Below, piece after piece: positions 43,713-52,263 of a stretch of 64,000 nucleotides of DNA (position 1 is the stretch's first letter; every line of letters starts with the position of its first letter). The notes under the pieces are model-generated. The model made no database searches. It was not told the origin of the DNA and saw nothing but the letters and a program-made list of their open reading frames with translations. A program made the translations under genes and the position numbers. Source of the stretch: Escherichia coli (GTDB lineage Bacteria; Pseudomonadota; Gammaproteobacteria; Enterobacterales; Enterobacteriaceae); assembly GCF_030013595.1 (NCBI RefSeq), contig NZ_CP122768.1, one strand, 5' to 3'.

Positions 43713-44360
43713 ATGAAACACCGGACCTGGATCACTGAAGCTTTACGTCTTCACTTTGAAGAACATTTACCCCGGGTTGTGGCCGGGCGTCGCCTGGGTG
43801 TACCAAAATCAACAGTTTGTAGTATGTTCGTGCGCTTTCGGAGAGCTGGCCTTTCGTGGCCTTTGCCCGCAGGCATGTCGGAGCAGGAACTTGATGCCTG
43901 CCTTTACGGACAATTTTCCACGGTACCAGTCGTACGTCCTGAAAGCACCGTTATATCCGAAGCCCCCGTGGTAAAAAAACGTCCCCGGCGGCCCAACTTC
44001 CCTTATGAGTTTAAAATCGCCTTAGTGGAGCAGTCACTGCAGCCCGGAGCCTGTGTGGCGCAGATCGCCCGGGAAAACGGAATCAACGATAACCTGCTCT
44101 TCAACTGGCGCCATCAATACCGGAAAGGTGGCCTGCTGCCTTCCGGAAAAAATATGCCGGCACTGCTTCCCGTGACGTTAACGCCGGAGCCGGATAATAA
44201 AATCCCGGCCCCCGCACAGGAACCAGAGCAGATAAATACACCGTCCGACAGTCTGTGTTGTGAGCTGGTTCTGCCGGCCGGAACTCTCAGGCTTAAAGGT
44301 AAACTGACGCCGGCGTTATTACAGACACTTATCCGCGAAATAAAAGGGAGCAGCCACTGA
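43713..44360 (+). CDS. IS66-family accessory protein (orf1, HTH)
   Basis: 215 aa first ORF of the IS. Confidence 0.8.
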   Translation: MKHRTWITEALRLHFEEHLPRVVAGRRLGVPKSTVCSMFVRFRRAGLSWPLPAGMSEQELDACLYGQFSTVPVVRPESTVISEAPVVKKRPRRPNFPYEFKIALVEQSLQPGACVAQIARENGINDNLLFNWRHQYRKGGLLPSGKNMPALLPVTLTPEPDNKIPAPAQEPEQINTPSDSLCCELVLPAGTLRLKGKLTPALLQTLIREIKGSSH

Positions 44361-44707
44361 TGATATCTCTCCCTGCAGGTTCGCGTATCTGGCTGGTTGC
44401 AGGTATCACCGATATGCGAAATGGCTTTAACGGCCTGGCATCAAAAGTTCAGAACGTCCTGAAGGATGACCCGTTCTCCGGACACCTGTTCATCTTCCGC
44501 GGACGCCGGGGTGACCAGATAAAAGTGTTGTGGGCTGACAGTGACGGACTGTGCCTCTTCACCAAACGCCTGGAGCGGGGCCGCTTCGTCTGGCCAGTCA
44601 CCCGTGACGGCAAGGTGCACCTTACTCCGGCTCAGTTATCCATGCTTCTTGAAGGTATCAACTGGAAGCACCCGAAACGAACGGAACGCGCTGGAATCCG
44701 CATATAA
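44360..44707 (+). CDS. IS66-family Orf2 (TnpB-like)
   Basis: 115 aa MISLPAGSRIWLVAGITDMRNGFNGLA..., typical IS66 orf2; start overlaps orf1 stop. Confidence 0.85.
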   Translation: MISLPAGSRIWLVAGITDMRNGFNGLASKVQNVLKDDPFSGHLFIFRGRRGDQIKVLWADSDGLCLFTKRLERGRFVWPVTRDGKVHLTPAQLSMLLEGINWKHPKRTERAGIRI

Positions 44708-44726
44708 CCCGTTGTAAAGTGAGGAT

Positions 44727-46298
44727 ATGGACACCTCACTTGCTCATGAGAACGCCCGCCTGCGGGCACTGTTGCAGACGCAACAGGACACCATCCGCCA
44801 GATGGCTGAATACAACCGCCTGCTCTCACAGCGGGTGGCGGCTTATGCTTCCGAAATCAACCGGCTGAAGGCGCTGGTTGCGAAACTGCAACGTATGCAG
44901 TTCGGTAAAAGCTCAGAAAAACTTCGTGCAAAAACCGAACGGCAGATACAGGAAGCACAGGAGCGAATCAGCGCACTTCAGGAAGAAATGGCGGAAACGC
45001 TGGGTGAGCAATATGACCCGGTACTGCCATCCGCCCTGCGCCAGTCTTCAGCCCGTAAACCGTTACCGGCCTCACTTCCCCGTGAAACCCGGGTTATCCG
45101 GCCGGAAGAGGAATGCTGTCCTGCCTGTGGTGGTGAACTCAGTTCTCTGGGATGTGATGTGTCAGAGCAACTGGAGCTTATCAGCAGCGCCTTTAAGGTT
45201 ATCGAAACACAACGTCCGAAACAGGCCTGTTGCCGGTGCGACCATATCGTACAGGCACCAGTACCTTCAAAACCCATTGCACGCAGTTATGCCGGAGCGG
45301 GGCTTCTGGCCCATGTTGTCACCGGGAAATATGCAGACCATCTGCCGTTATACCGCCAGTCAGAAATATACCGTCGTCAGGGAGTGGAGCTGAGCCGTGC
45401 CACACTGGGGCGCTGGACAGGTGCTGTTGCTGAACTGCTGGAGCCGCTGTATGACGTCCTGCGCCAGTATGTGCTGATGCCCGGTAAAGTCCATGCTGAT
45501 GATATCCCCGTCCCGGTCCAGGAGCCGGGCAGCGGTAAAACCCGGACAGCCCGGCTGTGGGTCTACGTCCGTGATGACCGTAACGCCGGTTCACAGATGC
45601 CCCCGGCGGTCTGGTTCGCGTACAGTCCGGACCGGAAAGGTATCCATCCACAAAATCACCTGGCCGGTTACAGCGGTGTGCTTCAGGCCGATGCTTACGG
45701 TGGTTACCGGGCGTTATACGAATCCGGCAGAATAACGGAAGCCGCGTGTATGGCTCATGCCCGGAGAAAAATCCACGATGTGCATGCAAGAGCGCCCACC
45801 TACATCACCACGGAAGCCCTGCAGCGTATCGGTGAACTGTATGCCATCGAGGCAGAGGTCCGGGGCTGTTCAGCAGAACAGCGTCTGGCGGCAAGAAAAG
45901 CCAGAGCCGCGCCACTGATGCAGTCACTGTATGACTGGATACAGCAACAGATGAAAACACTGTCGCGTCACTCAGATACGGCAAAAGCGTTCGCATACCT
46001 GCTGAAACAGTGGGATGCACTGAACGTGTACTGCAGTAATGGCTGGGTGGAAATCGACAACAACATCGCAGAGAACGCCTTACGGGGAGTGGCCGTAGGC
46101 CGGAAAAACTGGATGTTCGCGGGTTCCGACAGCGGTGGTGAACATGCGGCGGTGTTGTACTCGCTGATCGGCACATGCCGTCTGAACAATGTGGAGCCAG
46201 AAAAGTGGCTGCGTTACGTCATTGAACATATCCAGGACTGGCCGGCAAACCGGGTACGCGATCTGTTGCCCTGGAAAGTTGATCTGAGCTCTCAGTAA
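44727..46298 (+). CDS. IS66-family transposase (orf3)
   Basis: 523 aa with N-terminal leucine-zipper-like region, CxxC...CxxC zinc finger and DDE region. Confidence 0.85.
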   Translation: MDTSLAHENARLRALLQTQQDTIRQMAEYNRLLSQRVAAYASEINRLKALVAKLQRMQFGKSSEKLRAKTERQIQEAQERISALQEEMAETLGEQYDPVLPSALRQSSARKPLPASLPRETRVIRPEEECCPACGGELSSLGCDVSEQLELISSAFKVIETQRPKQACCRCDHIVQAPVPSKPIARSYAGAGLLAHVVTGKYADHLPLYRQSEIYRRQGVELSRATLGRWTGAVAELLEPLYDVLRQYVLMPGKVHADDIPVPVQEPGSGKTRTARLWVYVRDDRNAGSQMPPAVWFAYSPDRKGIHPQNHLAGYSGVLQADAYGGYRALYESGRITEAACMAHARRKIHDVHARAPTYITTEALQRIGELYAIEAEVRGCSAEQRLAARKARAAPLMQSLYDWIQQQMKTLSRHSDTAKAFAYLLKQWDALNVYCSNGWVEIDNNIAENALRGVAVGRKNWMFAGSDSGGEHAAVLYSLIGTCRLNNVEPEKWLRYVIEHIQDWPANRVRDLLPWKVDLSSQ

Positions 46299-46328
46299 AT
46301 ATCAATACGGTTCTGACGAGTCGCTTAC

Positions 46329-46336
46329 GTTAGTAG
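46329..46336 (+). repeat. 8-bp target-site duplication GTTAGTAG (right) of IS66-family copy 1
   Basis: Matches 43621-43628. Confidence 0.8.
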
Positions 46337-46582
46337 CTCGTCTACTCACTACATTGGCTTAAGTCTATCACCGCTCACCATCTGGAGTCCTTACAGCTCG
46401 TCCTGACATGCGGTCTCACCTTATATGCACATGGAGAACATGGCCACTCCAGACCAACACTAATCAACATTAACCCTATTCACTTTCGTTAAGCATTTTT
46501 TGGTGGGTCCGTTTGGATGCATTGAATAGGTGCGGACTCCACGTGGAGACAGAAAGTGCTTTACTAAAGGAGCATCCTTTAT

Positions 46583-46972
46583 ATGACTATTAAATCCATC
46601 GTTATCAACGGTAAGACCATCCTGTCTACACCTAACGCCATCAATGAGGGTGTCTGGTTCGACATGCTTGAGGTCCATCAAGCTGCTGGCTTGCCTGCTA
46701 ACAAGACGTTCTCACAGTGGCGCAGCCGACAGTCTCGTGCATTAGAAGAGGCTGGAGAGGTGTCGTTTGACAGTGTACAGAAGACCCTGTGTGGCAGCTT
46801 TGTGGCAGTGCTGGCCTACCTTATGTGGGCGGACCTTACTCTCTGGCTGGCGGTGGTTCGTTACGTTGCGTCTGAGACTATCGGCGTCCTGCCTGACCGC
46901 TTCAAGTCTATCGACGGTGATAACCCCGAGTTAGAAATGTCAGAGGATAACAGCGAGTGGGAGGACTTCTAA
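46583..46972 (+). CDS. KilA-N domain protein (129 aa)
   Basis: N-terminal pattern (INGKTI...NEGVWFDMLEV...GLPANKTFSQW) and hydrophobic WxxxLxxxL segment typical of KilA-N/APSES DNA-binding domains. Confidence 0.5.
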   Translation: MTIKSIVINGKTILSTPNAINEGVWFDMLEVHQAAGLPANKTFSQWRSRQSRALEEAGEVSFDSVQKTLCGSFVAVLAYLMWADLTLWLAVVRYVASETIGVLPDRFKSIDGDNPELEMSEDNSEWEDF

Positions 46973-46973
46973 G

Positions 46974-47714
46974 ATGACCATGAGCCAGCTTGAAGCATTA
47001 CCTATCGTCATCGAGGGTCATTCATTCATCTGCAACGACCAGCGCATGTGGAACCTGAACGAGATTCACCGAGTGTTAGGTCTTCCAGCAAGCAAGATGC
47101 CGTCTGAGTGGAATAACAAGATTCGCACACAACTTGACCGCTCCGGAAATTTCCGGACCGTGAATGGTGACGGCGGTGGTACATGGGCGACCGAGGCTGG
47201 GACCGTGGCTTATGCTATGTGGGTCTCTACAGATTTCTACCTGATGGTCATCAATGCTTTCATCTTTATGCGTAACGACGCAATCGTCCGAGAGCGTGTA
47301 GCGGTCAAACAGGCTGACGAGGCTAACGCTAACCTCTCCATCGCAGCACCTAAGGCAGACATCTTTGACGGTCGTCTGACCAATGGTGGCTCTGTTCCGT
47401 GGAACTGGGCGTGTAAATCTTTGGGTCTTGCCCCGATGAAACTGAAAGAGGGCTTGAAGCGCTCCGGTAAGTTCGTCCAGAAGTGGAACCCTGACAGTTA
47501 CGCCGACGAGCTTCGACCTCAGGAGAAGGCGTTCAGTATTGGACTATTCGTCACTAAGTCAGTCATGGGTAAAGACACATGGCAGGTGACAGCTAAAGGC
47601 TACGCATGGATGCAGGGGAACGCCCAGAAGTGGAGAGAGCTAATAGCTGATGGTGACCGCTTAAAGGCTGCTGAGCGTCGAGCACAGAAGCGTCTTAACC
47701 GTGGAGGTAAGTAG
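46974..47714 (+). CDS. KilA-N domain protein with C-terminal extension (246 aa)
   Basis: Paralogous to upstream ORF (IEGHSFICNDQRMWNLNEIHRVLGLPASKMPSEW... GTWATEAGTVAYAMWVSTDFYLMV). Confidence 0.5.
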   Translation: MTMSQLEALPIVIEGHSFICNDQRMWNLNEIHRVLGLPASKMPSEWNNKIRTQLDRSGNFRTVNGDGGGTWATEAGTVAYAMWVSTDFYLMVINAFIFMRNDAIVRERVAVKQADEANANLSIAAPKADIFDGRLTNGGSVPWNWACKSLGLAPMKLKEGLKRSGKFVQKWNPDSYADELRPQEKAFSIGLFVTKSVMGKDTWQVTAKGYAWMQGNAQKWRELIADGDRLKAAERRAQKRLNRGGK

Positions 47715-47716
47715 TC

Positions 47717-47941
47717 ATGGCTATGATTGACCCTCGTACACCTATCGGCAAAGCGACCCTTCGTTACCGTGGTCTGCCTACACGTCATCTGCTGTCCCTG
47801 CTGAGACTTGGAGTCGAAGACCCCGAACGCCCGTACTACAGTCGAGACGAGCTAATAGCTATGTTGGTGGACCGTGATTTAGACAATCAGTTACGCCGAG
47901 CCTTTGCGAAGTCTAGCGCAGCTAGGGAACTGGAGTCCTGA
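47717..47941 (+). CDS. hypothetical protein (74 aa)
   Basis: ORF tightly coupled to upstream gene (3-nt gap). Confidence 0.4.
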   Translation: MAMIDPRTPIGKATLRYRGLPTRHLLSLLRLGVEDPERPYYSRDELIAMLVDRDLDNQLRRAFAKSSAARELES

Positions 47942-48146
47942 ACCTTATGGGGCAGAAAAACCGCCGCATAAACCTATCGTCTGCTGACCGAAGTTTCGAC
48001 GCATTGAGCCAGACGGAAAAGTTTTCCTGCTGGTAAACCACCTTAATTTAAACACCTTTTGAGAATGACCGATGCGGGGAGACCCGTAGGCATAACTGTG
48101 TCTGCGATACCGATAGTTCTCACCTTCTCAATAGGAGTACTACCTT

Positions 48147-48638
48147 ATGTTATTCAACAACAACGACTGGAAACTATCAGTCACCGACATCAATCCCTAT
48201 GAAAATACTGTGAGTCTGGACGGTCAGTCCTATCCGCTGTCTCTGGCGATTAAGACCCTGATTCCGGGCTACCTGTCAGGCTTACCGTCCACCAGCCGCG
48301 AGGCGATGGAGTTACTGGAAGCTCTGGCTGAAGCTGGCGTGTCCATTGGCAACTTCTTCAGTAATGACCTGATGACCGCCTATGGTCGCCGCCAGCAGAA
48401 CAAGCGAGCCGAAGCTGAGCGTATTGCTAAAGAGCAGCGCATTCAGGCTGAGCGTATGCGTGAAGAGAACATGACTGATGCAGAGTGGCAGAAAGAGCTA
48501 CAGCGCCGTGAACAGGTCAAAGCTGAACGCCGGACCTATGGTGAGCACCTCCGCAGTGCTACCCATTCCGCTGGGCGCTCCCGTGCTTCTATGGTCGCTG
48601 ACATTGAGTCCACGGACAACTGGATGGACAGCCTCTAA
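48147..48638 (+). CDS. hypothetical coiled-coil protein (163 aa)
   Basis: C-terminal half highly charged and heptad-like (RRQQNKRAEAERIAKEQRIQAERMREENMTDAEWQKELQRREQVKAERR). Confidence 0.5.
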   Translation: MLFNNNDWKLSVTDINPYENTVSLDGQSYPLSLAIKTLIPGYLSGLPSTSREAMELLEALAEAGVSIGNFFSNDLMTAYGRRQQNKRAEAERIAKEQRIQAERMREENMTDAEWQKELQRREQVKAERRTYGEHLRSATHSAGRSRASMVADIESTDNWMDSL

Positions 48639-48704
48639 GACACAGACACACAAGTGGTCCTGACCTGATGTCGGGACCCACAGTATCCAAACTAATTTAG
48701 GAGA

Positions 48705-49700
48705 TTGATTATTATGACGATTAAAGACGCTTTCCAGTTCGGCATTGAGCCAGTACGTATCAGCGACACCGACAACATTCAGATTAACGAAGGTTTGCCA
48801 ACTAACGCAGACCCGCAGGTCTATGCCCTCCAGTTAGCTAAGACGGTTAAGGCTATGCTGAACGGTGTACTTAAAGACGCTCAAGAGAACATCCCGTTCC
48901 CTGTAGAAGTCCTGCCGACCCGCAATAGCCTGCCTACTCCAATCATTGCTCACACTCTGGCTGATCGCTCTGTGGTCGTTCCTGTCCGTGGTGGTAAGCG
49001 ACCTGAAGTCGTGACCGTTCCGTCTGGACAAGAAATCGTGGTCGAACCAATCGAGCAGGCTATTCTCATCTCTGAGCAGACCAAGCTCTGGGACGCCAAG
49101 TCATCCACCGGATTCACTCAGGGCACACTTCAGCAGGACGCTATGAACATCTGTGAGAATGTGGTCCGTACCATCAACGCTCGCATGGTCGACGTTCTGG
49201 AGTCCTCCAAACTGTTGAAGACCGTAGAGCTGCCAGTCCTGACTGGAAGCCTGACCACTAAGGCAGACGCTATCATGGACGCTCTGTTTGAGAACACCGA
49301 GTCCTCTTTCGGCTCTGAAGTGTCTGATTACGGCATCATCGCCCATGAGTCCCAACTGAAAGCGCTGTCCCGTCTGGCAGCTAAACAGGGCTTCTCTGGT
49401 GGAGACGCTATCGTGGATATGCTGGGTACCGACATCGCCTATTACAACGGTGAAGACAAGGGTGTATTCATGCTGGCTAAACGCTTCACGGCCCTGAGCT
49501 TCGGCTGCTTCCGTCACGACGGTGAGAATATTACGGTCGTCCTTTCACGTGATGGCGACTCTCAGTCCCACGACTTGGAAATCCTCGGTAAAGTGTTCGT
49601 TGTCGCTGAAGCTGCTACGACCATCAAGATGGGCACTGGCTCAGCTACTGCCGTCCTGCCTGTAGTCAAACGCCTGAAGTTCACCAAGACCGAAGCGTAA
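48705..49700 (+). CDS. hypothetical protein (331 aa), possible structural/morphogenetic protein
   Basis: Largest non-integrase ORF of the element; follows the coiled-coil ORF; AGGAG Shine-Dalgarno upstream; no motif I can assign. Confidence 0.5.
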   Translation: MIIMTIKDAFQFGIEPVRISDTDNIQINEGLPTNADPQVYALQLAKTVKAMLNGVLKDAQENIPFPVEVLPTRNSLPTPIIAHTLADRSVVVPVRGGKRPEVVTVPSGQEIVVEPIEQAILISEQTKLWDAKSSTGFTQGTLQQDAMNICENVVRTINARMVDVLESSKLLKTVELPVLTGSLTTKADAIMDALFENTESSFGSEVSDYGIIAHESQLKALSRLAAKQGFSGGDAIVDMLGTDIAYYNGEDKGVFMLAKRFTALSFGCFRHDGENITVVLSRDGDSQSHDLEILGKVFVVAEAATTIKMGTGSATAVLPVVKRLKFTKTEA

Positions 49701-49844
49701 GACCAATGGGTAAGAGGTAAGTCTGGACTGAATATCAGCAGGACTTCAGGTGGTGGCCTGTCACTGTGATTAACTAACTACGGTCTGGACCAATGGTCTG
49801 GGCCTTATTACTGGTATGGTAGTATACAGGCGAAGGAGGACCCA

Positions 49845-50000
49845 ATGTCTATGACTTCCGCAGACCTAAGGTCCCTCCTGACTCTGGTCTATAAACTCGT
49901 GTTCCTCTCTGTGGGTCTCTACATGGTTCTCTCTGGTCGACTCGGTGTGGATGTGTTCGACACTCTGTCTAAGGCTGTGGGTGGACTTCTAGGTCCTTAG
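49845..50000 (+). CDS. small single-pass membrane protein (51 aa)
   Basis: ATG with AGGAGGA Shine-Dalgarno; MSMTSADLRSLLTLVYKLVFLSVGLYMVLSGRLGVDVFDTLSKAVGGLLGP; below ORF-track cutoff. Confidence 0.4.
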   Translation: MSMTSADLRSLLTLVYKLVFLSVGLYMVLSGRLGVDVFDTLSKAVGGLLGP

Positions 50001-50153
50001 GTTTGGACTCACAGTGGGACCGATGATTTCTGACAGAAAAATGTGAATGACCATCTAATACATTAAGCCAGCAGACTTCCCCCCATAGTCCCGCCTCAAG
50101 TCCAGACCGAGGCCACCGGGGGTCCTGACCAGCCGTCTAGACATCCCGTCTAA

Positions 50154-50186
50154 TGACACAAGTCTGGCACAAAGCCTGACACAAAG
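50154..50186 (+). repeat. three 11-bp-spaced direct repeats TGACACAAG / TGGCACAAAG / TGACACAAAG (putative arm-type sites, right arm)
   Basis: Same motif and orientation as 40968-40987 at the opposite end of the element. Confidence 0.5.
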
Positions 50187-50241
50187 TCCTTGACTCAATG
50201 CAGGACCTCAGGCCTACTAAGGGTCCGCTTCAAGTCCTTGA

Positions 50242-50252
50242 AGTTCCAGATG
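50242..50252 (+). repeat. right copy of 11-bp direct repeat AGTTCCAGATG
   Basis: Identical to 40801-40811. Confidence 0.8.
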
Positions 50253-51652
50253 AACTTAATGGGCACATCCAGTTTATCTTTGCCGCGGACGCCGTCGCGG
50301 ATTGCCGTCATTTGCGGGCCATGATCGATAGCATCCGTCCAGCTGAAGCAGGAGATTGACGTTTTGACCGGATTATCCAGCACCGGTAGGCGTTCTATGG
50401 TAATGGTATAGGTCGATTCACGCGCGCCACTATTCCCGCCGCTGATGCCGACATTGCCCGTCAAAATAGGCAACATAGCAATAGCGCGTGCGGTCAGCTC
50501 ACCGTTTGCCTGGCGTTGCGGCCCCCAGCCCTGGCAGATATAAGCGGGTTTTGCTGTGCCAATTTCACGCGCCAGTTTGATGATACGGTCCACCGGGATA
50601 CCGGTAATTTGCGAAGCCCACTGCGGCGTTTTCGCTGTTTTATCGTCACCTTCACCAAGAATATAGGCTTTATAGTGACCATTTTTTGGTGCATCTGCGG
50701 GTAAGGTTTTTTCGTCATAGCCGACGCAGTATTTATCAAGAAAAGGTTGATCAACGAGATTTTCGTTAATCAATACCCAGGCAATACCCGCAACCAGCGC
50801 GGCATCGGTGCCCGGGCGAATAGGAAGCCATTCGTCTTCACGACCGGCAGCCGTATCGGTATATCGCGGATCGATAACAATCATTTTTGCGTTCGATTTC
50901 TCGCGCGCTTTTTCAAGAAGATAAGTGATGCCACCACCGCTCATGCGGGTTTCTGCCGGGTTGTTACCAAACATCACGACCAGCTTGCTGTTTTCAATAT
51001 CCGTGGTGCTGTTGCCATCATTACTGCCGTAGGTGTAGGGCATGGCACAGGAAATTTGCGCGGTGCTGTAGGAGCCATACTGGTTGAGTGAGCCGCCGTA
51101 GCAGTTCATCAGGCGTTTGACCGCCGAGGCGGATGGCGAAGAGCGGGTCATATTGCCGCCAACAATCCCCGAAGAGTACTGAATATATACAGCCTCATTG
51201 TCATATTGTTCGACGGTTTTTTTCAGGCTACTGGCGATAGTATCCAGGGCTTCATCCCAGCTAATCCGTTCGAATTTGCCTTCGCCGCGTTTGCCCACGC
51301 GTTTCATTGGGTAATTCAAGCGGTCGGGATGATTAATACGCCGACGGATGGAGCGACCGCGCAAACAGGCGCGTACTTGATGATTGCCATACTCATCGCT
51401 GCCGGTGTTGTCAGTTTCCACCCAGGTCACTTCATTATCTTTAACATGCAGACGAAGTGCACAGCGGCTACCACAGTTGACGGAACAGGCACCCCAGACC
51501 ACTTTCTCGCTGGCCTGTTGTACTGCTGCCGCTGCACTGCGCAGGGTGAACGGTAAAGAAAAACCGCCTGCAGCCAGCGCCAGAGAACCTATCGCGGTAG
51601 ATTTAACGAGTGTTCTGCGGCTGATGCCCACCATTTGTTCATTTTTGGACAT
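50242..51652 (-). pseudogene. ynfE: ynfE 5' fragment (Tat signal and N-terminal about 465 codons)
   Basis: MSKNEQMVGISRRTLVKSTAIGSLALAAGG twin-arginine leader; homology to YnfF ends at ...LDVPIKFIWN where the insert begins. Confidence 0.85.
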
Positions 51653-51751
51653 AACTCACTCCCTGTTCTTTATCGTTATATAAAAGTTTATATATTGAAT
51701 ATTTAGCGCGCTAACAATAGAGGGAGTCTACCTATTTTGGGTTAAGAATTA

Positions 51752-51765
51752 TTAATCCATATCAA
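51752..51765. promoter_or_regulatory. FNR-like site TTAAT-CCAT-ATCAA upstream of ynfE
   Basis: 9 of 10 match to TTGAT-N4-ATCAA, about 107 bp upstream of the ynfE ATG; the ynfEFGH-dmsD operon is known to be anaerobically induced. Confidence 0.35.
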
Positions 51766-51850
51766 TAGAAGGGTATGAGTAATAAAGTGGGATTATGTTG
51801 TATGTTCAAATCGCCGGATGTGTCGTATCCGGCGTGCTGTCGATAATGTG

Positions 51851-52156
51851 TTACTGCGGTTCGGCAGGCGCGCCATCCTGGGTAGACTGCGCGGGAGCAG
51901 AGACGTTACCGCTGGTGGTGCGGGTGTAGAGAATTTTATGCGTATCATTAGCGCAATGCCCGACGACCTGGGAATCAGGCTGATCAACCTGGTCATTGGG
52001 TACAATACTTAACGTGAAGCTGCTTTCGGGAACGCCATTATTGATAATGCGCTGTGATATATCGCTCTGTATGCGCTCACAGGATCCCGGCGCGGCGAGT
52101 ACCGCGGGTGAGGCGAGGGCGAGCAGAAGCGCGGCACAGCAGGTTGAGAGTTTCAT
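51851..52156 (-). CDS. ynfD: DUF1161 periplasmic protein YnfD
   Basis: Start MKLSTCCAALLLALASPAVLA (signal peptide), 101 aa. Confidence 0.8.
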   Translation of the reverse strand: MKLSTCCAALLLALASPAVLAAPGSCERIQSDISQRIINNGVPESSFTLSIVPNDQVDQPDSQVVGHCANDTHKILYTRTTSGNVSAPAQSTQDGAPAEPQ

Positions 52157-52263
52157 CATAAGCTCCTTACGCGAAGATAACTTCTTTAAGCATAGCATTT
52201 AACGTGTAAAGTACTGTATTTGCTACTATGATTGAGAATCATCTCTACTCTCTGGTGACTGTT

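Larger units (their letters stand above)
43629..46328 (+). mobile_element. IS66-family insertion sequence, copy 1 (2,700 bp, three ORFs)
   Basis: Ends GTAACCGGCTCATTTAAACCG... and ...CGGTTCTGACGAGTCGCTTAC (imperfect inverted repeats starting GTAA); three-ORF IS66 organisation; 8-bp TSD. Confidence 0.85.
40812..50241 (+). mobile_element. 9,430-bp integrative element inserted in ynfE (includes a 2.7-kb IS66-family insertion); candidate T7-like-phage-dependent satellite
   Basis: Precise interruption of ynfE with 11-bp direct repeats; tyrosine integrase at left end; arm-type repeats at both ends; all ORFs co-directional; T3/T7-class promoter-like motifs. Confidence 0.7.

Noticed and set aside
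44878-46189. Numerous overlapping ORFs (67-171 aa) on both strands within each IS66 copy
   Set aside because: All are embedded in the 523-aa transposase gene; they are duplicated only because the IS itself is duplicated.
48639-48704. ATTTAGGAGATTG upstream of the 331-aa ORF as an SP6-like promoter
   Set aside because: The match is limited to ATTTAGG and overlaps a canonical AGGAG ribosome-binding site 8 nt before the ATG; better explained as Shine-Dalgarno sequence.
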